Below are positions 16,504 through 23,376 of a stretch of DNA of 23,376 bases, piece by piece. The stretch covers positions 1 through 23,376 of the forward strand of contig JAVVGL010000029.1 in assembly GCA_032249135.1 (NCBI GenBank). The letters are read 5' to 3'. The position numbers were made by a program, and so were the translations under genes. The notes beneath the pieces are model-generated. The model was not told the DNA's origin, searched no databases, and was given only the letters and a program-made list of their open reading frames with translations. Every line of letters begins with the position of its first letter. Position 1 is the first letter of the stretch. Origin of the DNA: Candidatus Calescibacterium sp. GTDB lineage: Bacteria; Calescibacteriota; Calescibacteriia; Calescibacteriales; Calescibacteriaceae.

Positions 16504-19500
16504 TTATTCTTCTACATTGACATATTTGAGGAGAGGGGGTATGAGAAGCAATATAAGTAATCCTGTGATCAGCATACCTCCCAGTACTACAATAGCAAGA
16601 GGCTTTTGTATCTGAGTTCCAACTCCGTGAGACAGCGCAGCTGGTAAAAATCCTAAGGATGCCGTAAAACTACTTAAAAGTACGGCTCTGAATTTTTCTT
16701 TTGCTGCCTTCTTTGCCGCTTCATAAGTTGGCATACCATTTATTATATTTTCTCTATACGCTGCAATTATAAATGAAATGTTGAGAATAGATATTCCAAG
16801 AATAGAAACAAATCCGACAATTGCTGAAAGGCTGAGCGGAAATCCAGCAACAAGAAGGCTTAAAGCCCCGCCAAATGAGGCAAAGAGTAATCCTGACATA
16901 GCTATGAATGCATTTTTGACCGACCTATATACTATGTAAAGGAAAAGAAATAATCCAAATGAAGATAAAATACCTGAAAATGTGATACGCCTTAGAGCTT
17001 CTTGTAAGTTTTTGAACCTTCCAGACCACTCCAAAAAGTACCCTTCCGGAAGCTTTATTTCACTTTCTATAATTTTTTGTGCTTTACGAACAGTTCCAGC
17101 AAGATCTCCTGATACAACAGAGAATTTGACTGGAACATACCTTTTGTAATTTTCTCTATAGATAAAAGAAGCTCCTGTACTAAAATAAATTTTTGCCACT
17201 TGATTCAATCTGACAAAAGAACCATTTGGGAGTATTATAGGTATTCCTCCTATTTCTGATGGATTCTTTCTTACATCTTCTGGGAATATCACAAGTAAAG
17301 AAAATCTTTTATCTTTCTCTATGACCTGGGTAACTTCTTTTCCTCCAAGCGCTGCGGAAACGGTATCCATAACTTCTTCAACGGTTAATCCATAAACCAA
17401 AAGTTGCTCCCTATCAACTTCTATTATAAGGTTAGGTTGTCCAACTTCTCTGAGTATTCCCACATCTTCAATCCCAGGAACATTCTTTATTTTTTCTGCT
17501 ACTTTATTTGCAAGCTCATCTAACTTGAATATATCGTCTCCAAAAATTTTTACAGCATTTTCACCTTTGACTCCCGTCATAACTTCATCAAGATTGTCTT
17601 GAATGTACTGGGATATACTTATATCTACATGAGGGAAAATTTTTCGCACCTCTTGTCTTATCTTTTCTTCAAGTTCTTCTTTTCTTTTAAATCTTTTCCA
17701 TTCCGAATAAGGTTTTATATCTATAAAGTATTCAGAATTAAATGGTCCTGAAGGATCTGTTCCATCTTCTGGTCTTCCAACTTTAAAACTTACAGTTTTT
17801 ATCTCCGGAAATGTCAGGAGTAAATCTCTGACCTTCTTTGCGTTCTCATAGGCGTGAGATAAAGAAATAGAGTAAGGGAATAATATACGCATATAGATAT
17901 TTCCTTCATCCATTTTTGGAATAAATTCAAGACCGATCACCCTGAAAATAATAATAGTAACTATTGCAAGAGATATTAGAGCTGGAGCTACAAATTTGCC
18001 TTTTAGATTTACAAGTTTATTTAAAATCTTCTCATAAAGATTTTCCAAAGCTCTTACAAAAAGAGTTTCTCTTTTTTCTGCTTTCACAAAAATAAGCAGA
18101 GCCGCCACAGAAAAGGTAAAAGTAATGATTATTATAGATGATATAGCATAAAGGTAAGTTTTCACCATAGGTGCAAATATTCTTTTCTCAGCACCTTCCA
18201 TAAGAAAAATAGGAATAAATGATATTCCAATCAATACAACTGAAAGTATCAAAAGTTTCCCAACTTCCTCAGTTGAATAAATCATAGCACGCCTACCGGG
18301 ACCGTACTCTCTGGTTTTTCTGAGATAATTTTCAATAAAAAGAAGAGAAATATCTGCAATTATACCAAAATCAATCGCAGCTATTGAAAGGAAATTAGCA
18401 GATTCTCCACGAATAGCCATTATTCCCAAAGCTGATATAAGGCTCATAGGAACAGCCAAAGCCGCAATAAAAGCTACCTTTAAATCTCCTAAAAAGATAA
18501 ATATGGAAAGAAAAACTAAAATTATTCCCATTGCTGCTATTTCAGATACTTTATGTATTACCGTATCTACGAGCTTTCCTCTTTCATAAAATGGAACTAC
18601 TTTGACATCAGGTGGTAGTATATGAGTGTTTAGCTCTTTTATTTTTTCTCTGATAGATCTTATAGAAGGTATGCTCTTTGCATCACGACGCAATATTACT
18701 ATTCCCATAACGATCTCATCGTTGTTATTAAGTCCAACTATTCCAGTTCGTGGGATATTATCTAATCTAACCTCGCCCAAATCTTTCACAAGAATCGGGA
18801 AACCATTTTTATTATCAACAACAATATTCTGTATATCTTCAAGGTTTTGTATGAGACCAATTCCTCTTATGAAAAAGTTTTGAGAGCCAAAATCTATCGG
18901 TCTCCCTCCCGCGTTTATATTAGATTTAGAAATCGCATCCAAAACTTGTGAAAGTGAAACTTTATATTTTATGAGATTTTCTGGATTTATTTCTACTGTA
19001 TAAGCTTTTATAAATCCGCCATAACTTGCAACATCTTCTACTCCATCTGCTGTTTTGAGATATCTTGCAACAATCCAATCTTGAATAGTTCTGAGATCCA
19101 TAAGATTCCTGTTACCCATTACAGCGTAGCGAACAACCTCACCTATTGGATTGGGAATTATTCTTGGTTGAACTCCATCAGGTAGACTCACAATAGAAAT
19201 TCTATTTATTACCTCCTGTCTTGCTTCTTTATAAGGTATATCATAAGAAAATGTACATTTTATATCAGAAAGACCATACAGAGAAATAGAGTTTATCCTG
19301 CGAAGCTCTCTCATGCCAGCAAGCGCTATTTCCAAAGGAATAGTTATCTGCCTTTCTACTTCCTCTGCTGATCTTCCTGGGTATAAAGTCACTATTTCTA
19401 TGACAGGCGGAGATGGATCTGGGAAAGCCTCAACATTAAGATTCTTCAAAAATATACCAAATACTAATGTAAAAATAAGTCCAAACAGCAAAAAAACAAT

Positions 19501-19536
19501 TGAATTATCTGCTACAAAATTTATCCAGCTTCTCAT
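16504..19536 (-). CDS. CusA/CzcA-family heavy-metal efflux RND permease
   Basis: VEAFPD, PGRSAEEVERQITIPLE, DLRTIQDW, TM4 AIDFGIIAD......EN (CzcA-type acidic triad), FIPKMDEG, GRPEDGTD, QKPLAIVVLGG. Confidence 0.95.
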   Translation of the reverse strand: MRSWINFVADNSIVFLLFGLIFTLVFGIFLKNLNVEAFPDPSPPVIEIVTLYPGRSAEEVERQITIPLEIALAGMRELRRINSISLYGLSDIKCTFSYDIPYKEARQEVINRISIVSLPDGVQPRIIPNPIGEVVRYAVMGNRNLMDLRTIQDWIVARYLKTADGVEDVASYGGFIKAYTVEINPENLIKYKVSLSQVLDAISKSNINAGGRPIDFGSQNFFIRGIGLIQNLEDIQNIVVDNKNGFPILVKDLGEVRLDNIPRTGIVGLNNNDEIVMGIVILRRDAKSIPSIRSIREKIKELNTHILPPDVKVVPFYERGKLVDTVIHKVSEIAAMGIILVFLSIFIFLGDLKVAFIAALAVPMSLISALGIMAIRGESANFLSIAAIDFGIIADISLLFIENYLRKTREYGPGRRAMIYSTEEVGKLLILSVVLIGISFIPIFLMEGAEKRIFAPMVKTYLYAISSIIIITFTFSVAALLIFVKAEKRETLFVRALENLYEKILNKLVNLKGKFVAPALISLAIVTIIIFRVIGLEFIPKMDEGNIYMRILFPYSISLSHAYENAKKVRDLLLTFPEIKTVSFKVGRPEDGTDPSGPFNSEYFIDIKPYSEWKRFKRKEELEEKIRQEVRKIFPHVDISISQYIQDNLDEVMTGVKGENAVKIFGDDIFKLDELANKVAEKIKNVPGIEDVGILREVGQPNLIIEVDREQLLVYGLTVEEVMDTVSAALGGKEVTQVIEKDKRFSLLVIFPEDVRKNPSEIGGIPIILPNGSFVRLNQVAKIYFSTGASFIYRENYKRYVPVKFSVVSGDLAGTVRKAQKIIESEIKLPEGYFLEWSGRFKNLQEALRRITFSGILSSFGLFLFLYIVYRSVKNAFIAMSGLLFASFGGALSLLVAGFPLSLSAIVGFVSILGISILNISFIIAAYRENIINGMPTYEAAKKAAKEKFRAVLLSSFTASLGFLPAALSHGVGTQIQKPLAIVVLGGMLITGLLILLLIPPLLKYVNVEE

Positions 19537-20675
19537 GGCTGCATTTCTCTTAGTGGATTCAAGATTATTTCTTCTCCTTCTTTAACACCTAAAATAGCAA
19601 CCTTATCGTTTTCAAGCTCTTTGATAAAGCTTACTTCCTTTTCTACGGGTTTCCCTCCGTCAATTGCGTAGACATAAAATTTACCGTTTCGGTAAACAAG
19701 AGCTTTTTGAGGAAGCACAGCATAAATTTGCTCCCCCAATATCAATTTTACCTCAAAGAACATATTTATTTTGAAAAGTTCTTTTTCAACTGGTTCAATA
19801 TAAACTTTTACCTTTCGTGTATCTGGATCTACAACATCGCTTATATATTTGATGATTCCCTTGAATTCCTTTTCCGGATATACACTTACATAAAAGCTAA
19901 TTGTATCGCCAACTTTGAATTTCTGCAAAGCATCTGGACGCACCAAAGCAACTATCAAAATCTTACCCGGACGAACGATATTGAGTATTTCTGTACTTTG
20001 ATCAACTAAATCTCCCACATGAGCATTTATTTGATAAACAATACCGTCAAGTGGAGCAACTATGGTAATTTGCCCCATGCCTCCTCCCAGGAGTTTAAGT
20101 TTTTGCTCAACTCCTTTGAGTTGAGCTTCTAGTACTTTGTAGTTAGTTTCAGCTTCAATAAGATCACTTTTTGGAATTGCTCCTATTTCATAAAGTTCTT
20201 TTTTCATTTTATAAAGCCTCATCGCTTGTTCAAGCTGAGCTGAAAGATAAATCTTTTGTGAGTAAAGATCAGTAGTATCTGGCGTTTTTATTACTGCTAA
20301 AACTTGACCCTTTTTAACAAAATCTCCTAATTTAACATTTATGCTTTGAACTGTTCCTGGAAGACGCGATGTTATTTTAACTACCCCCTCCCTATCTGGT
20401 TGAACATAAGCCACTGCCTTTATAAAATCTTTAACCTTCTCAAAAACTGCCTCTACCGTTTGGACTCCATCTGACACCGATGGATTTTCAACTTTCTTTT
20501 TATTCTTCCCACATGAGAAAAATAGGGTAGAAGAACCAAAAGTAAAAAATAAAGTAAAGAAAATCACGGAAAACATAGGTAGTTGATGCAATACAAATTT
20601 GAACTTTGTTTTTTCCAAAGCCATAAATTTTTCCTTGAAACTTTTTCTCAAATCACATTTTTTGGTGTCATTCAT
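19533..20675 (-). CDS. RND periplasmic adaptor / membrane fusion protein (CzcB-like); start uncertain (20675, 20624 or 20576)
   Basis: Lipoyl halves ITSRLPGTV...GDFVKKGQVL and IVAPLDGIV...GDLV, VDPDTRKVKV, lipobox-like LFFSC; ATGA overlap with the permease gene. Confidence 0.92.
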   Translation of the reverse strand: MNDTKKCDLRKSFKEKFMALEKTKFKFVLHQLPMFSVIFFTLFFTFGSSTLFFSCGKNKKKVENPSVSDGVQTVEAVFEKVKDFIKAVAYVQPDREGVVKITSRLPGTVQSINVKLGDFVKKGQVLAVIKTPDTTDLYSQKIYLSAQLEQAMRLYKMKKELYEIGAIPKSDLIEAETNYKVLEAQLKGVEQKLKLLGGGMGQITIVAPLDGIVYQINAHVGDLVDQSTEILNIVRPGKILIVALVRPDALQKFKVGDTISFYVSVYPEKEFKGIIKYISDVVDPDTRKVKVYIEPVEKELFKINMFFEVKLILGEQIYAVLPQKALVYRNGKFYVYAIDGGKPVEKEVSFIKELENDKVAILGVKEGEEIILNPLREMQP

Positions 20676-20725
20676 TTTTGTTCTTTATTCATTTTTGTTT
20701 TTGTTCTCAAACTTGTTTTTTGCTT

Positions 20726-22000
20726 TTAAAATTCTGCTCCCCCCAATATTTTCAAAATATAATAACTTGCAATATATTGATACTTAGCTCTAAAAAATGC
20801 GCTCATGAAAGCCCTGTAAGTGCGTAGAGTATCTATGAACTCAATAGTAGATATTCCTCCAATAGAATGAGCCTTTTTAGTTCTTTCCAAGAGTTCATCC
20901 ATAATACTTTTCTTTTCAGCATAAGAAAAATATATATTTTTTGAAGCTTGGTAGTCATCAAAAGCTTGGAGAATTTCTTTTTTTATTCTTTCTTCCTCTC
21001 GCTTCAAAGTCGCTGAAATCTGCTCTCTTTCAGATATTGCAGATATAAGGTCTCCCTGTCTGCGATCAAAAATAGGTAAGCTTACAAAAACTCCGAAACC
21101 AATCCCGGGTTTGTATTTAAAAGAGCCTCCAAATGAGTCATATTCCACACCCAAAGAAATATCTGGTATAGAATAGGCTTTTAGCAATCTTATCTTGTAA
21201 TCTACGGATTTTTCTTGTTCTTTAAGTGATTTCAAAATTTCACGCTTTTCCACAGAATCTTGAATTAAGTTTTCAACAAAAATTTCATCTTGGGGTTCTT
21301 GAACTTCCTCTGGTTCATAGTTTCCGCCTCCCAAAAAAAAGTTGAAGTCTTTCAGGTCTTTTTTATATGTAGAAACAGCCTGAGTTAGGGCATTTTCAAG
21401 TTCCAGCTTATATAATTGAAGTTTCATAAAATCTATAAGACTTAAAAAACCTTCTTTTTGTCTCTTTTCCTGTATTTTTAAAATCTCATCAAAGTCATCA
21501 ATATCCCGCCGCAAATATTCAGCATATAACCTATCGGCCAAAGCACGAAAGTAAGAGATTATAAGCCCAACCGCAAGCTCTCTTGATATTTCTTTTGTTT
21601 GAAAATCAACCGCCCTCAACTGATAAAAAGCTGAAAGCCTCCTTAATCCTCTTTTTCCTCCAAGCTCCACCGGTTGCTCAAATCTTGCAGAAAGTAAAGT
21701 GCTATCCGTATCATAAAGGAAACTTTTCCCAAATAAAAGTCCAGTATAATTTATTGAAATTGCTGGATTTAGTAAAAGTCCGGATTGAATATATGCTCCT
21801 TCACTCTTTTTTATCTCGTAAGCAGCTATTTTGACATCATAGTTTTTCTCTTTAAAAATCCTTACAGCTTCGCTCAAACCTATTTTTGAATAGTTTACTT
21901 CATCAGAGGAACCTAATTTACCAAAAAAAAGTAAAAAGAAAGAAAAAAGAGCAAACACCAGAAATTTTTCATACGCAATCTTAATCCCCCGTCTCAACAT
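20726..22000 (-). CDS. TolC-family outer membrane efflux protein (CzcC-like)
   Basis: Signal peptide; NPAIS, QPVELGGKRGLR, IPDISLG, VSLPIFDRRQG motifs; position upstream of the adaptor and permease. Confidence 0.93.
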   Translation of the reverse strand: MLRRGIKIAYEKFLVFALFSFFLLFFGKLGSSDEVNYSKIGLSEAVRIFKEKNYDVKIAAYEIKKSEGAYIQSGLLLNPAISINYTGLLFGKSFLYDTDSTLLSARFEQPVELGGKRGLRRLSAFYQLRAVDFQTKEISRELAVGLIISYFRALADRLYAEYLRRDIDDFDEILKIQEKRQKEGFLSLIDFMKLQLYKLELENALTQAVSTYKKDLKDFNFFLGGGNYEPEEVQEPQDEIFVENLIQDSVEKREILKSLKEQEKSVDYKIRLLKAYSIPDISLGVEYDSFGGSFKYKPGIGFGVFVSLPIFDRRQGDLISAISEREQISATLKREEERIKKEILQAFDDYQASKNIYFSYAEKKSIMDELLERTKKAHSIGGISTIEFIDTLRTYRAFMSAFFRAKYQYIASYYILKILGGAEF

Positions 22001-22035
22001 ATTATAAAATTTTAATTTTTAAAACTCTACCCTAC

Positions 22036-22257
22036 TCATTCTTTTTTTTCGCTTTTCTTTCTTGATAGAATTTTTTCAAGTAGTTCAATAGAGAATTTTG
22101 CGGCTTCTTGGGCTCTTTTTGCATCACTTTCTTTATATTCTTCGGAAGGTAAGAAATCAATATCTGCATAACTTTTTTCCTCGTAAAGTAATTCGAGAGC
22201 TTTTAGTCTCTTCTTACATCTTTCAAGATATTCTTTTGCAAGAGCCTTTGAGTTCAT
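22036..22257 (-). pseudogene. HEPN-domain toxin with apparent in-frame internal deletion (73 aa)
   Basis: N-terminal HEPN helix (LAKEYLERCKKRLKALELLYEEKSYAD) joined directly to the C-terminal segment (DFLPSEEYKESDAKRAQEAAKF); the central ELxLK, H-containing loop and Rx4-6 motif regions are absent. ATGA overlap with the MNT gene. Confidence 0.75.
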
Positions 22258-22745
22258 AGTTCAACACCTTCTTTGAGGTCAATCTTATCTTTCAGAATCC
22301 AATAATATCCTCCTTTTTTATAAATTTTCTTTGCACCATATTTTTTCAATTTCCTCTTGAGCTCTGATAAATAATTTCTGAAAAAATCATTTTTATCGTA
22401 GAGGATAACCGCATCTTCAATCATATCAAGGAACAAAAAACTTCCCATCTTAACCTCGTCTGGTCTCTTGATTACCGGTGAAAGTTCAGTGAATATATTT
22501 TTCTTTCTCAGATTTTTAATGTAATCTTCAACCTTAACTTCAACATTTTCAATAAAATCAATGATTCTTTTTGCTCTTCCATCCGGCAAATTTTCACAAA
22601 TTATAAGAAAATCAATATCAGAACAAGGGGAGAAAGTATTTCTCGCAACCGAACCAAAAATGACAAAACTTACGAGATTTTTCCCATAGTATTTTTTAAC
22701 CTCCCGGAAAACTTTACCTACCAGAACTTTAAATTTTCTATGCAT
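22254..22745 (-). CDS. Minimal nucleotidyltransferase (MNT) antitoxin of an MNT-HEPN pair
   Basis: VIFGSVAR......SDIDFL (GS-x10-DxD), LFLDMIEDAVILYD, YYWILK; translationally coupled to the HEPN gene. Confidence 0.9.
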   Translation of the reverse strand: MHRKFKVLVGKVFREVKKYYGKNLVSFVIFGSVARNTFSPCSDIDFLIICENLPDGRAKRIIDFIENVEVKVEDYIKNLRKKNIFTELSPVIKRPDEVKMGSFLFLDMIEDAVILYDKNDFFRNYLSELKRKLKKYGAKKIYKKGGYYWILKDKIDLKEGVEL

Positions 22746-22814
22746 AATAATTTTCTTTTGATTTTTCCTTTTCCAGATTCAAATAATTTTTCTCTTTCTT
22801 CCAAATTCAAAAAG

Positions 22815-23376
22815 CTAATTTTGAGTTAAGAAGTTATGAATTTCTTTATTTACTTTATCTGGGATTTCCGGAGTAAAAATATGCGGAGCTTCCTCAAATA
22901 TAACAAGCTTTGAGTTCTTTATTCTTTCTTTCATTTTATATGACTCTTTTATTGGAACTGCTAAGTCTTGATCTCCTGCCATAATCAGAGTTGGTTTATC
23001 TATGTTTTTGATTTGTTCAAGAACGCTATCTCTTTCTATTATTGCCTTTGAGACATAAATTGCTCCTTTCCCTTGAAATTTTAAAGCCTCAGATAACCAA
23101 AAATCAAAATTTTTTTCAAGATAGCTCTGAGAAAAACAAAGTCTTACAACATATTCAGCAGCATTTCTGAAATTTTCTTGCAAAACCCTCTCATCCTTTT
23201 CTTTTTCAACTAATTCAAGAAGGTTATTTATCATCACAGAATACCTTTCTTTATTTGGATCCTCATCAGCTGATGTTCCCATCAAGATAAGTTTATCTGC
23301 TATATCTTTGTTTCTTATAAAAAGTCTCATAGAAATCATCCCCCCCATCGATATTCCACCAATTGCTGCAAATTTT
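22815..23376 (-). CDS. Alpha/beta-fold hydrolase, 5'-truncated by the window edge
   Basis: Frame is open to the window end: KFAAIGGISMGG gives the GxSxG elbow upstream of the track's Met; PTLIMAGDQD (acid) and EEAPH (His). Confidence 0.9.
   Translation of the reverse strand, partial: KFAAIGGISMGGMISMRLFIRNKDIADKLILMGTSADEDPNKERYSVMINNLLELVEKEKDERVLQENFRNAAEYVVRLCFSQSYLEKNFDFWLSEALKFQGKGAIYVSKAIIERDSVLEQIKNIDKPTLIMAGDQDLAVPIKESYKMKERIKNSKLVIFEEAPHIFTPEIPDKVNKEIHNFLTQN

Noticed and set aside
721-21834. Numerous short alternative-frame and antisense ORFs in the track (e.g. 721-1152, 1975-2310, 11829-12158, 15758-16141, 19707-20009)
   Set aside because: They overlap well-supported genes, are Phe/Ser/Leu-rich mirror images of A-rich coding strands and show no recognisable motifs.

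Overview
AT-rich, gene-dense bacterial window. The organism is diderm (TolC, an outer-membrane beta-barrel) and its Lys/Glu-rich proteins suggest a thermophile. Left to right: (1) a five-gene Qrc/alternative-complex-III-like redox operon (monoheme cytochrome c, pentaheme cytochrome c, degenerate molybdopterin-family subunit, 4x[4Fe-4S] subunit, NrfD-type membrane anchor with two extra helices); (2) an outer-membrane beta-barrel, MarC, an orphan ParB/DGQHR-type protein and glnD; (3) a doubly frameshifted Rpn/YhgA-like PD-(D/E)XK nuclease gene followed by a second, stand-alone C-terminal cassette that shares a perfect 46-bp repeat with it; (4) panB-panC-panD preceded by a bulged-A hairpin resembling the pan RNA motif; (5) a divergent miaA and a GH114/TM1410-like lipoprotein; (6) on the minus strand, a partial alpha/beta hydrolase, an MNT antitoxin, a HEPN toxin with an apparent in-frame internal deletion, and a CzcCBA-like RND efflux system. 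The Rpn cassette arrangement is the most interesting element. All calls come from motif reading by eye; no searches were run.
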